A stretch of 64,000 nt of DNA, taken from contig CALSYL010000001.1 in NCBI GenBank assembly GCA_943841495.1, positions 126,645-190,644 of the forward strand, read 5' to 3'. The position numbers and the translations under genes were made by a program. Of this stretch, positions 40,430 to 50,423 are shown in pieces. The notes beneath the pieces were generated by a model that saw nothing but the letters and a program-made list of their open reading frames with translations, ran no database searches and was not told the origin of the DNA. The stretch comes from an uncultured bacterium (GTDB lineage: Bacteria > Fidelibacterota > Marinisomatia > Marinisomatales > Marinisomataceae). Each line of letters begins with the position of its first letter. Position 1 is the first letter of the stretch.

Positions 40430-41274
40430 TTTTCTCTTAAATATAACCATCTTATAAATTGATAAGGTAGATGAATTAATATCCAATATATGCTAATAGA
40501 TAGTAGTTGAATACCAGTTGCATGCTTCCAAAACAATTTTAACTGACTCTGAAGTTTTAATTTATTTTTTTGAAATGAATGCTCACCCAATGATTGAGAC
40601 ACTCTATGTAAAATAATAGATTTAGGATTATATATTATTGTTCTATTTAAAGATTTTGCTCTTAATGACAAATCTACATCTTCACAGTACATGTTAAAAT
40701 CAAGATCGAAAAAATTTAGTTTTTTGAAATCGGTATACTTAATACAAAAACAACAACCAGTTGCATAATCAGTTTCATTTATAAAAGAGTATTTGGGGCC
40801 ATCAAAATCTCTAATACCCACATGATTAATTATACCACTCCATAGATTTACTTTTCCTCCAGCATACCATATTTTATTTATATTTGAAGCGTAAAGAATT
40901 TTAGGAACTGATATAATTGATTTTTTATCTTTTAACAATGGGGATATGAGCTCATCAATGAAATCAATGCTAACAATTGTATCATCATTTAATAAAATAA
41001 TATATTCATTTTCTGAAAAAACTATTTGGGTTAACGCTGAATTGTAGCCACCAGCATATCTAAGATTTTGCTTATTTGTAATTACTGAATAATCAGGAAA
41101 TTTATCTGATAACATTGAAGAAGTATTGTCTGTAGAACAATTATCAACTATTGATATTTTTAAATCATCTCTATCAATTTTATTAACTGACTCTAAGCAT
41201 TTTTCAAGAATATTAGAATTGTTCCACGTAAGGACTATCAAATGAATTGATACTTTTTTTTCGCTACTTATCAT
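40426..41274 (-). CDS. Glycosyltransferase family 2 (rhamnosyltransferase-like)
   Basis: VLTWN, VDNCSTD, YAGGYN, LLNDD, TGCC, MYCEDVDL. Confidence 0.9.
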   Translation of the reverse strand: MISSEKKVSIHLIVLTWNNSNILEKCLESVNKIDRDDLKISIVDNCSTDNTSSMLSDKFPDYSVITNKQNLRYAGGYNSALTQIVFSENEYIILLNDDTIVSIDFIDELISPLLKDKKSIISVPKILYASNINKIWYAGGKVNLWSGIINHVGIRDFDGPKYSFINETDYATGCCFCIKYTDFKKLNFFDLDFNMYCEDVDLSLRAKSLNRTIIYNPKSIILHRVSQSLGEHSFQKNKLKLQSQLKLFWKHATGIQLLSISIYWILIHLPYQFIRWLYLREK

Positions 41275-42385
41275 TTAGCTGCAAACTTTCTTCAAACTTA
41301 TCCCAAGTAAAATTCTTTTTATGATTTTTAATATTATCACTCATTGATTGATACAAATTATTGTTGAAATATTTTTCAATTATAGCTGAAATATCTTCTG
41401 GTTTAAGCGATGAAACAAAACCAGTCTGATTATTTAAAATATAATCTTTAAGTCCTCCATTTGAGGAAACTAATGATGGAATATTAAAGTTCATTGATAA
41501 GGATAATACACCACTTTGAGTAGATTTCTTATATGGTAAAACAACTAAATCAGATGATAAAAAATATTTTTTCAAATTATGTTCCTCAACAAAATTATTA
41601 TCAAAAATAAAAAATTCTTGAAGACCTAATTTATTAATTTGAAGAAAATATTTTTTCATACTCATATATGGCTCGCCAACTATTAATACTTTTAATGTTG
41701 GAATTGTTTTTTTTAACAGACTAATAGAATTAATTAAAATATCTAAACCTTTATATGATCTTATAAGACCAAAAAATAAAATTACATGATTTCTATCTAA
41801 GCCTAATTCATTCTTGAATACATTGCGATCAAGTTCATTAAATTGTTTGTTATAAATTGGATGAAATGATTTTAAAATTTTTCCTTTAACTTTGAGGTTT
41901 ATAATTTTATTCTTTTCTTTATCATTCATTGTTACAATGTGAGTAGCTTGCTTTAGCATTTTTTTAACTAAATACTTTTCAAAAGGAAATCGTTCATGTG
42001 ATTCCGCATTATGCATTAAAAAGTATATTTTTTTACTCTTTAATCTTTTAGATAAATATGAAAACATTAATGCGAAAAATGGATGCCAATATGAAATGAT
42101 AATTACATCAGCATCAAATTGATTTATATACTTTATAGCCCTGTTCCAGGAAAAAACACTTAAAGGATTTAAAATTCTTCTAGAAATATTATTACTATTT
42201 AATTTTTTATTTACAGTTTGTGATTTTCCTGGAAATAAGAAATTAGGGTATAGTTTTTTAAAATTAATTACTTCTATATTGTGAGAAATTTTTAATTGTT
42301 TTATTAGGTCTTTATGAAAATCAGAAATACCTCCTCTAAAAGGAAAATAAGGACCTATTGAAGCTATTTTTAATGGTTTATTCAA
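41264..42385 (-). CDS. Glycosyltransferase family 4
   Basis: GP..PFRGGI, LFFGLIRSYKGLD, VLPYKKSTQSGV. Confidence 0.9.
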   Translation of the reverse strand: MNKPLKIASIGPYFPFRGGISDFHKDLIKQLKISHNIEVINFKKLYPNFLFPGKSQTVNKKLNSNNISRRILNPLSVFSWNRAIKYINQFDADVIIISYWHPFFALMFSYLSKRLKSKKIYFLMHNAESHERFPFEKYLVKKMLKQATHIVTMNDKEKNKIINLKVKGKILKSFHPIYNKQFNELDRNVFKNELGLDRNHVILFFGLIRSYKGLDILINSISLLKKTIPTLKVLIVGEPYMSMKKYFLQINKLGLQEFFIFDNNFVEEHNLKKYFLSSDLVVLPYKKSTQSGVLSLSMNFNIPSLVSSNGGLKDYILNNQTGFVSSLKPEDISAIIEKYFNNNLYQSMSDNIKNHKKNFTWDKFEESLQLNDK

Positions 42386-43301
42386 TTATTTCTTTAATGA
42401 AATTTTTTGTTTTTTGATTTTTATTAACGATTATTTCACCTATTAAACCAAAAGTAAAAAGTTGAACACCAGTAATAATTAATAGACTGCCAAAAATTAT
42501 CATAGCAATATGCTGTTGAAATGATTCCTGAAGAAAATACTTTAAATATAAAACATAAAATTCTGCAATTATACCAGCCAATATTGTTAAAAACCCAATC
42601 ATGCCAAAGAAGTGGAGTGGTCTATCCATATACTTACCTAAAAATAATATTGTTAAGAAATCAAAGAAACCATGTTTATATCTTTCGGTTCCATACTTTG
42701 ATTCACCAAATTCTCTTTTTCTATGTTTGACTGCAACTTCAGCAACGCTAAAGTTTTTTTGATGTGCTAGCAAAGGAATATATCTATGTCTTCCTCCATA
42801 AAGATTTAAAGATTCGGCAACTTCTCTTTTAAAAATTTTAATACCCGTATTTGAATCTTTTATTTTTAATCCACTGAAAACTCTAATGAAGAAATTGAAG
42901 ATTTTTGAAGCTATTCTTTTTTCAAGCGGGTCTAACCTATCAATTTTCCAACCTACTACTAGATCATATTTTTTAGATTTATCAATTAACTTTATAAGTT
43001 CCTTTGGATCGTCTTGTAGGTCTGCATCTAAAGTTGCAATCAACTCCCCAGAAGAAGATTCAATACCAGCTTGTAAAGCAACTGATTTACCGTAGTTTCT
43101 ATAAAGACCAACCATTTTCCAGGATGAATTTTCTGATATAGCTTTTTCTATAATTTTTTGAGAATTATCTGTAGATCCATCATTTACAAATACAATTTGA
43201 ACATGTGAACTATTACCAAATTCGTTTTTAAGTTCATTAAAAAGAGCTGGAAGTGATTCAGCTTCGTTGAAGACCGGTATTATGATTGAAAGACTTTTCA
43301 T
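42378..43301 (-). CDS. GT2 polyprenyl-phosphate glycosyltransferase (ArnC/GtrB/DPM1-like)
   Basis: IPVFNE, NDGSTD, RNYGKS.AL..G, DADLQDDP, HRYIP, R..GESKY, two C-terminal TM helices. Confidence 0.9.
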   Translation of the reverse strand: MKSLSIIIPVFNEAESLPALFNELKNEFGNSSHVQIVFVNDGSTDNSQKIIEKAISENSSWKMVGLYRNYGKSVALQAGIESSSGELIATLDADLQDDPKELIKLIDKSKKYDLVVGWKIDRLDPLEKRIASKIFNFFIRVFSGLKIKDSNTGIKIFKREVAESLNLYGGRHRYIPLLAHQKNFSVAEVAVKHRKREFGESKYGTERYKHGFFDFLTILFLGKYMDRPLHFFGMIGFLTILAGIIAEFYVLYLKYFLQESFQQHIAMIIFGSLLIITGVQLFTFGLIGEIIVNKNQKTKNFIKEIIE

Positions 43302-43864
43302 TATTTAAAATTTCTTTTATTAAACTTCATACTATAAGTTTGTTTTTCGTTATTAAGTGAAAATACAATCTCATTCAAATAATTACTACCATCAATTGAA
43401 ATCAGCTTTGTTGATACAATATAGGCATTTTGCAATTTGACGTCCATTTGACTTAAAATTTTTGGATCGCCCCATAGGATATATTTATAAAAGTTGGAGT
43501 CTATAGCACTTGATATGGGGAAAAATCTATTAAATTCATCCTCCGATATTTCAATTTTTTTTCGAACATTTAAATAACGAATAACGCCATTATTCACTTC
43601 AATCATATAGTTTCTTCTTCCTAAAAAATCTTTAAAAATAATCAACGATGAATTATTGGATGATTCAAAAATAAATGATGATGTAAAATTAGATTTTCCA
43701 TTTCCAGTTAAAATTCCAGAACCAATAACTCGTTGAAAATTTTTCTCTAGTTCTTCAATTTGGACATTTTTTTGTGAATCAATTATTTGAAAATCACTAT
43801 TAGTTGAACATGAAGTAATAATACATAACGCAGTTATTATAAATACTTTGTTACTGATTTTCAT
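43301..43864 (-). CDS. Hypothetical lipoprotein (possible LolB-like beta fold)
   Basis: Lipobox IITSC; beta-rich sequence with DFLG motif; downstream of a TPR lipoprotein. Confidence 0.55.
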   Translation of the reverse strand: MKISNKVFIITALCIITSCSTNSDFQIIDSQKNVQIEELEKNFQRVIGSGILTGNGKSNFTSSFIFESSNNSSLIIFKDFLGRRNYMIEVNNGVIRYLNVRKKIEISEDEFNRFFPISSAIDSNFYKYILWGDPKILSQMDVKLQNAYIVSTKLISIDGSNYLNEIVFSLNNEKQTYSMKFNKRNFK

Positions 43865-45461
43865 TTGAAGATATTTTTGAAATTAAATCTTCATTGTTTT
43901 CATCTAGTAACAATGCTTTTTGATAAAATATTAATGCTTCACTTTCTTCATTTAAGTCCATAAGAATATCACCATAATGTTCAAGAATCACTGCACTAGT
44001 ATCGTCATATAAAATTGCTTTACTAATAAATTCTTTTGCTTTTTCAAGATCAGATAATTTATAGTATATCCAACCAATGGTGTCAAGATATGCAGATGTT
44101 TGAGGGCTTATTTCAATTGCCTTCTTTGACAGTCTTAATGCATATTCTAAATCCTCTCCTCTTTCAACTAAGCTATAGGCAAAATTATTGTAAGCTTGAG
44201 CGTCTTGATCATTGATAGTAATAAGCTTTGTATATAAATCATCTGATTTTTCCCATTTTTCATTCTGATCATATGTCATAGCTAAACCATGCATAGATGC
44301 AATTGATTCACTATCTATTGTAAATGATTTTAAATAATATTTTTCAGCATTTTCAAAGTTTTGAATTGAATAATTTGCAAGCCCTAAAAAATAATTAACT
44401 TCAAAATCTTCAGGAAATAATGAGGATGCAATATTTAATTCATCAATAGCTTCAGAATATCTTTGTAGGCTAATTAAAGCCAAAGATGAATTAATATAGC
44501 CTTCTTTGTCGTTTGGATAGTACGATGAGTGTCTTCTTGATACCTCTAATGCTAAATCATTTCTAGCCATTTCTCTATACACTAAAGACAAATAATATAA
44601 TGCAAATCTATCTTCATCTTTTTTGGATAATGATTTATTCAAATATTCTTCTGCTAATTGAAATCTGCCAGCTCTAATATATTCAAGAGCAATTTGATTG
44701 AATAGATTGTTATAGAATGGATTTGCTTTTAACTCTTCTATTTCAAGCAGCTCAATAAGCTCTTCAACATTTCCACCGCTTTTTGATTCCAGAAATCCCC
44801 TCATGTATTCTGAATTTGATGGATCAGCTAATAATAGTTTTTTGAAGATTTTTGGTAAATCCCTATGATTTTCATTATATGCTAATTGAGCTGCTACTTC
44901 CAAAGGCAGAATTAACTCATTATTAACATTATATGCTTCTTGATAATAGAGCAAAGCCCCGTCAATATCATTTAATTCAGCTTTTAAATCTCCAATGATA
45001 AATAACACATCAGCATTTTTAGGATTTTTTAGTGAAATCTCATTAAAAACTTCCAATGATAATTCATAGTTATTGAGCGCTATATACTTTTTACCTAATG
45101 ATATTTTATAGTCAATAGCATTATCATCAAGAAAAATTGCTTTTTTAGCTAAAAAGATACTTTTATCATATTTTTGAAGCATCCAATAAGCTTCTGACAT
45201 ATTAAAGTAAACTTCAGGAGAACTTGAACCAGCTTCTATAGAATCTTGAAATTCAATGATTGCTCTAGCATAATCTCCCTGTTCAAAGAAAAGCATTCCA
45301 TCCATGAAAAATTGAACACCTGCAAAATTATCATTAGTTGAATCTGTACTTTCTGATTCAATTATTGCATTATTGACTGAAGAATCTGAAACTTCATTAA
45401 TATTGGTAGCGCAAGACGCTATGAATATTGAAATAATAATTAATAAAAAATATATTCGCAT
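43851..45461 (-). CDS. Tetratricopeptide-repeat lipoprotein
   Basis: Lipobox FIASC; multiple TPRs; AYNNFAYSL...AYLDTIGWIYYK...ILEHYGD C-terminus. Confidence 0.9.
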   Translation of the reverse strand: MRIYFLLIIISIFIASCATNINEVSDSSVNNAIIESESTDSTNDNFAGVQFFMDGMLFFEQGDYARAIIEFQDSIEAGSSSPEVYFNMSEAYWMLQKYDKSIFLAKKAIFLDDNAIDYKISLGKKYIALNNYELSLEVFNEISLKNPKNADVLFIIGDLKAELNDIDGALLYYQEAYNVNNELILPLEVAAQLAYNENHRDLPKIFKKLLLADPSNSEYMRGFLESKSGGNVEELIELLEIEELKANPFYNNLFNQIALEYIRAGRFQLAEEYLNKSLSKKDEDRFALYYLSLVYREMARNDLALEVSRRHSSYYPNDKEGYINSSLALISLQRYSEAIDELNIASSLFPEDFEVNYFLGLANYSIQNFENAEKYYLKSFTIDSESIASMHGLAMTYDQNEKWEKSDDLYTKLITINDQDAQAYNNFAYSLVERGEDLEYALRLSKKAIEISPQTSAYLDTIGWIYYKLSDLEKAKEFISKAILYDDTSAVILEHYGDILMDLNEESEALIFYQKALLLDENNEDLISKISSNENQ

Positions 45462-45469
45462 AACTATGC

Positions 45470-45498
45470 AAATTACATCTGGAGAAGGATATTTACAA
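45470..45498 (-). promoter_or_regulatory. Putative promoter of the TPR-glycosylation-yajC-def operon (TTGTAA-N17-TAATTT-N8-ATG)
   Basis: Exact 17-bp spacer; no SD. Confidence 0.5.
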
Positions 45499-45510
45499 TT
45501 TTATGAAAAA

Positions 45511-45981
45511 TTAATCTTTATCAGTAACAAATGATCCATTTACATCATTCAAAATATCAATATCTTTTATTTCAGGAGTAGTTTGATCTTCTGAATTAAC
45601 TTCCTCTATTGATGTGTCTTCATCAGCAACTAGATAAGCAGAATCAGTGGGTTGAAGCAAATATGCTGATAGTATAAAAATACACATTACTGATAGAGTG
45701 AGATAAACAAAATTTTGTCTAGAAAAACCAAAAATACCAGAGGTTGATTTATCGCTTTTGTTTAAGGCATTAATTTTATTATTAAGATTTTTTTCAAAAT
45801 TTTCTGAGACTTTTAAGGTAGGAGCATTATTCATTGCAGCTATTGCAGTTCGAACAGAATCAATTTTAGTTTGGTATTGAGGGTTGTCTTTCAGAAATTT
45901 TTCAAACTCATTACGCTCTTTTATATCCATTGAATTCTCAATCCAGTCAGAAATTCTATCTTCAAATTTATTATAATCCAT
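45511..45981 (-). CDS. Putative membrane-anchored anti-sigma factor
   Basis: Directly downstream of ECF sigma (TAATG overlap); anti-sigma-like N-terminus ISDWIE..M...ER..FE..L, single TM, acidic tail. Confidence 0.7.
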   Translation of the reverse strand: MDYNKFEDRISDWIENSMDIKERNEFEKFLKDNPQYQTKIDSVRTAIAAMNNAPTLKVSENFEKNLNNKINALNKSDKSTSGIFGFSRQNFVYLTLSVMCIFILSAYLLQPTDSAYLVADEDTSIEEVNSEDQTTPEIKDIDILNDVNGSFVTDKD

Positions 45982-46553
45982 TAATTCTCCTTAAAATGTT
46001 TCATCTTTTCTGCCAATTGTATTCGACCTCTATTAATTCTAGATTTTATCGTTCCAATCGGTATTTCTAGTATCTTACTAATTTCATCATATGAAAGTTC
46101 CTGAAAATCTCTTAAAACCACAGCCATTCTAAAATTTTCAGGAATCTCATCTAGAAATTTATTTAACTGATCAATTGCAATCTCATTTTGCACTTTTACG
46201 TCCAAAGATTGTTCTTTTGAGTTTATATCAATAACCTTTCCGTCTTCAGTCCATAAAGAGTCAGTTTGTTTTCTTTTATTTTTTCTCAACTCTGTTAAAG
46301 CATTATTTTTAGCTATAGTAAAAATCCATGTTGAAAATTTTGCTATTTTTTTATAGTAACTTGCATGCGTATACAATTTAATAAGGGTATCTTGTACTAC
46401 ATCCTCTGCTTGCTCTCTATTATTGAAATATCTAAATACAAAATTAAGGAGTCTGTCCTTATATCTTTTAACTAGTTCATTATAAGCATTTATATCACCT
46501 TCTTGGAATCTCAGAATAAGTTTTTCGTCTGATAATTTAAACTTATCCTTCAC
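45981..46553 (-). CDS. ECF sigma-70 factor (RpoE/SigW-like; probable GTG start 46553)
   Basis: AEDVVQDT, FSTWIFTIAKN, LSYDEISKILEIPIGTIKSRINRGR. Confidence 0.92.
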   Translation of the reverse strand: MKDKFKLSDEKLILRFQEGDINAYNELVKRYKDRLLNFVFRYFNNREQAEDVVQDTLIKLYTHASYYKKIAKFSTWIFTIAKNNALTELRKNKRKQTDSLWTEDGKVIDINSKEQSLDVKVQNEIAIDQLNKFLDEIPENFRMAVVLRDFQELSYDEISKILEIPIGTIKSRINRGRIQLAEKMKHFKEN

Positions 46554-47544
46554 TTTTAAAGACTCCGTTGATAATATTTGTAAATTCTGCTTCATCAATA
46601 ACTTTCTGTGTTTTTAGCTTAACATCAATTTCTGAAAAAATAGTAATTGCATTCTCAAGCTCTTCAAATGAATAGTTACTTGATGCTGCACTTATTCTAT
46701 TTACTACTTTTCCTCTTATATTTCTACTTGTTGCTTCTAATAATGTTCCATTGTTTTTTTTAGTTAAAAATATTGCTTCTATTATGGTAAACATTGCATT
46801 GATTAAATATGATAAACCATATTGATTTAAAATGGAAAGTCCACTTTCAAAGATTGCATCAACTCTTCTGTCACAAATAGCATAATTTAATTCCCATAAT
46901 TGCTTATCTTTTTTAACACTGCTTGATTGATTAAGCATACTCATAAGATCTTCTTCTTTTGCGTTTGCTAAGCTTGACTTTTTCATTTCATTATAAATAG
47001 CGGAAAAATTGTTACCGAAAATTTCTACAAGCTTTGAAGAATAAGTATTGTTTATATCAAGATCTAGTTCATCAGCAAATACTTTAATCCATTGTATCAT
47101 TTCACTTTCAAAAGGAGTAGATATGTCTATTGTATCTAAATACTTTTGAAACTCTTTTGTCGTGTTGTTCTTAATAATATTTGATTTTGATTTGTAATCA
47201 AATGTTAAAAAACTATGATCAATACATAAAATACGATGCGTATTTTCAGAATCGATTAATGATATTACAGCTTCTTTATCTTTTTTTGAGAGCTTATTGA
47301 CATTTTTAATAATAATAAATTTGCTGATAGAAAATAGGTCTTGTGATCCAAGTGAATTAATTAATGATTCAATTTTATCTGTTTTATCTGAACAGTCGAA
47401 TAGAAATAATTCTGTTTCACTTTCTAGCCTTTTTACAATTTGATCTTTAATATATAAATATAAAAAATCATTATCCCCCACTAGTAAATAATTTTTATCA
47501 AGCTCTAATGGTTTTTGACCCAATATTTTTAATGCTTTAATCAT
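46543..47544 (-). CDS. holA: DNA polymerase III delta subunit (divergent)
   Basis: YLLVGD.DFL, DLFS...IIIKN, NEMKK, D..LK pattern; length 333 aa. Confidence 0.7.
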   Translation of the reverse strand: MIKALKILGQKPLELDKNYLLVGDNDFLYLYIKDQIVKRLESETELFLFDCSDKTDKIESLINSLGSQDLFSISKFIIIKNVNKLSKKDKEAVISLIDSENTHRILCIDHSFLTFDYKSKSNIIKNNTTKEFQKYLDTIDISTPFESEMIQWIKVFADELDLDINNTYSSKLVEIFGNNFSAIYNEMKKSSLANAKEEDLMSMLNQSSSVKKDKQLWELNYAICDRRVDAIFESGLSILNQYGLSYLINAMFTIIEAIFLTKKNNGTLLEATSRNIRGKVVNRISAASSNYSFEELENAITIFSEIDVKLKTQKVIDEAEFTNIINGVFKSEG

Positions 47545-47549
47545 GTTTA

Positions 47550-49064
47550 TTAATTCTCTTTTTGTTCTGAAGAATAAGAGATGCCATAACTCCCAGACTG
47601 AATGGATGTTTCATTCTTAAGATTAGCTCTAATTATTTTATCTTTTTTTGTCATTTTGCTAACAAGAATTACTGCTAAAAATGCAAGAATAAAGCTTGAG
47701 AGTCTTTCAGTAACTAATGATTGTAGATAGTCATTGCTCCCCCATATTACAGTTACAATTGATCCGGTCAACAGCCCTGCAATAATTCCCTTTCTTGTTG
47801 TATTATTCCACCATAAAGATAAAATAATTGCAGGACCAAACGATGAGCCTAAACCACTCCATGCAAAACTAACTATTCCAAAGATTGTATCTCCTGAATA
47901 TTCTGAATACATGGCTGTTGCATATGCAAATAAACCTAAGATAATTGTTATAAACCTAGTATTTGTCAACTTATCTGACTTTGTAGTTTTAATAATTTTA
48001 TTTAGACCTAAGTCTTCACTGATTGCAGATGTCGATACTAGCAACTGTGAATCTGCAGTAGACATCATTGCTGCTACTGCTCCTGAAATTAATAATCCTG
48101 CAACCCATGCAGGAAGAAGTGTTTCAGCTAGTAGTGGCATTGCTATCTCAGTATCTTTTCCATAAAAAAATTCTTCTCCAAAATATCCAACAGCAATAAT
48201 TCCAACCATAAATGCACCTGAAATACCTGGAATAGCCCAAAATGCTGCAATCCATTTAGCTTTTTTAATATCTGACACTGATTTAATAGCCATATATCTA
48301 ATCAGTAAGTGAGGTTGTCCAAAATAGCCTAGACCCCAACTCATACCTCCAAGAGCAATGGATAATGCACTAAGGCCTGTTAAGCCTGCAAATAATGAAT
48401 TTTTATTTATGTCATCAAAAGTTAATAGCTCAGATATGCTTTGATCTAAAGATGAAAGCTCAATTAAACCAATAATTGGTAAAACTACCAATGTCCCGAT
48501 CATCAGAACACCTTGAATTAAATCAGTCCATGCGACTGCTAGTAGACCGCCAAGAATCGTATATATAATGATTATAATAGCACTAAGAGTAATTCCATAT
48601 AATGGTTCGATTCCAAAAATAGTATTTAAAATCTTTCCTGAACCATGAAATTGAGCAGATACATAAAAAGTGAAAAATATCCCTATAATTAATGCTGATA
48701 TTATCTTAATTAATCCTGATGTATCATTAAATTTTTTCTCAAGGAAATCTGGGATAGTTAATGAATCAAATTTTTCGGTCTCTTTTCTTAGTCTTTCTGC
48801 AATTAGAAACCAAGAAGAAATGATTCCAATTGTAATTCCTATTACTGCCCAAATTTCTCCATAACCAATAGCTATCGCTGCACCAGGAAGTCCCAAAAGA
48901 AGCCATGCTGATTCCCCTGAAGCTCTTTCAGAAAATGCGGTAACCCAAGGGCCAAGCTTTCTTCCAGCTAGCAAGAAGTCTAATTGTGAAGAAACAAATT
49001 TATTTGACATAACACCTACGAGGATAATCATTAAAAGGTATATTATAAAAATTACTTCGATCAT
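47550..49064 (-). CDS. putP: Sodium/proline symporter (PutP-like; probable start 49064)
   Basis: GRKLGPWVTAFSERASGESAWLLLGLPG, WGLGYFGQPH, AAMMSTADSQLL, AWSGLGSSFGP. Confidence 0.85.
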   Translation of the reverse strand: MIEVIFIIYLLMIILVGVMSNKFVSSQLDFLLAGRKLGPWVTAFSERASGESAWLLLGLPGAAIAIGYGEIWAVIGITIGIISSWFLIAERLRKETEKFDSLTIPDFLEKKFNDTSGLIKIISALIIGIFFTFYVSAQFHGSGKILNTIFGIEPLYGITLSAIIIIIYTILGGLLAVAWTDLIQGVLMIGTLVVLPIIGLIELSSLDQSISELLTFDDINKNSLFAGLTGLSALSIALGGMSWGLGYFGQPHLLIRYMAIKSVSDIKKAKWIAAFWAIPGISGAFMVGIIAVGYFGEEFFYGKDTEIAMPLLAETLLPAWVAGLLISGAVAAMMSTADSQLLVSTSAISEDLGLNKIIKTTKSDKLTNTRFITIILGLFAYATAMYSEYSGDTIFGIVSFAWSGLGSSFGPAIILSLWWNNTTRKGIIAGLLTGSIVTVIWGSNDYLQSLVTERLSSFILAFLAVILVSKMTKKDKIIRANLKNETSIQSGSYGISYSSEQKEN

Positions 49065-49804
49065 GAGATTAGGCTCACCAAAATGCAATAAATACCAAAC
49101 CACCAAAAATTGAACTTTTTAAGAAATTGAACAAGAAAAAATAAACTTAAATATCCAAATATAAATGAAGACATAAAAAGTCCAAGCGCATTTGCAACGC
49201 TAATTGCTTCAAACCCATTAGAAAATAATAATTCATAAAATATTGAAAGAACTATAATTGGGATAACCATGAAAAAACAATATTGTATCGATTTTTCTTT
49301 ATCTAAACCCATCATTAACGCAGAACTGATTACCATCCCAGATCTTGAAATACCAGGCAAGATTGCTATTGATTGAAATAATCCCAAAAGTAATGCTGAT
49401 TTGAGGTTTAGTTTTAATGAAAAAGAGTTTTTTAATAAACTCATTATTATAATTAAAAATCCATTTGCCATTAATGAATACTGTACAAATTGATAATTGA
49501 AAAACTGTTCGAAGTCAAAAATTAGTCCACAAATAACCGCAGGGATTGTTGAGATAGTTAAAAATTTCAGAGTATTAGTATGAAAAAAATCGTTTTTATT
49601 TTTTGATGAAAAAAAAGATGCTTTGTAAAATAAAAGTATGCTAAAAAGGGTTCCAAAATGAGCAATGATTTCAGCTGAAGCCCCTTCATTGTTAATTTTC
49701 AAAATATCTTGAAATAAAACAAGGTGACCCGAACTGCTTACAGGAAAAAATTCAGTTAATCCTTGTATCATTCCCAGTATAATAAAATTAATTAATTCAT
49801 TCAT
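49061..49804 (-). CDS. uppP: Undecaprenyl-diphosphate phosphatase (BacA)
   Basis: QGLTEFFPVSSSGHL, HFGT, PGISRSG. Confidence 0.94.
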   Translation of the reverse strand: MNELINFIILGMIQGLTEFFPVSSSGHLVLFQDILKINNEGASAEIIAHFGTLFSILLFYKASFFSSKNKNDFFHTNTLKFLTISTIPAVICGLIFDFEQFFNYQFVQYSLMANGFLIIIMSLLKNSFSLKLNLKSALLLGLFQSIAILPGISRSGMVISSALMMGLDKEKSIQYCFFMVIPIIVLSIFYELLFSNGFEAISVANALGLFMSSFIFGYLSLFFLVQFLKKFNFWWFGIYCILVSLIS

Positions 49805-50420
49805 AATAAATCCAGCCTATCAACCTCTTTGAAGTTTTGTCTCTTCTGTAGGAATGATAATATTCATTTTCATAAGTACATTCTTTGGTATCGCTAACAT
49901 TTTTAATTCCTAAATTCTTTAACTGTGAAGTTGCTATTCCCTTTAAATCCAAAAAAAGTTTATTATTTTTTTTAGCAATAAATTTACTTTCAAAATAATC
50001 AAAAAATTCATCTTGAACCTCATAATTCTTCTGGGAAATAGATGGCCCTATAAGAACCTGAATAGTAGAAATATCCTTTATGTTGTTTTTAATAACTTTA
50101 TATGTTTCTTTAATTATTCCTCTTTTTAACCCCTTCCATCCCGCATGTACTACTCCTATAATAAAAGGTGATTCATTATAGAAAAAAATTGGTAGGCAAT
50201 CAGCAGTTTTAATTTTTAAACATATATCTTTATTCATTGTAAGCATACCGTCAGTATCCTTGCAAAAAAGATTTTTATTGTTAACTAGTTGAACATTTTT
50301 TGAGTGCGTTTGTTGCATAGATGCTTCAAGTTTTTCATTCTTAATTCCATCAATTTGATTATTTGAAAAAATTATTTTTATTTTTTTTGATTTTATTTTT
50401 TTTGAAAATTCAAAAAACAT
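49797..50420 (-). CDS. pgeF: PgeF/YfiH laccase-domain protein
   Basis: QTHS, TADCLP, HAGWKG, GPSI, YEV, CT, SYRR. Confidence 0.88.
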   Translation of the reverse strand: MFFEFSKKIKSKKIKIIFSNNQIDGIKNEKLEASMQQTHSKNVQLVNNKNLFCKDTDGMLTMNKDICLKIKTADCLPIFFYNESPFIIGVVHAGWKGLKRGIIKETYKVIKNNIKDISTIQVLIGPSISQKNYEVQDEFFDYFESKFIAKKNNKLFLDLKGIATSQLKNLGIKNVSDTKECTYENEYYHSYRRDKTSKRLIGWIYYE

Positions 50421-50423
50421 ATA

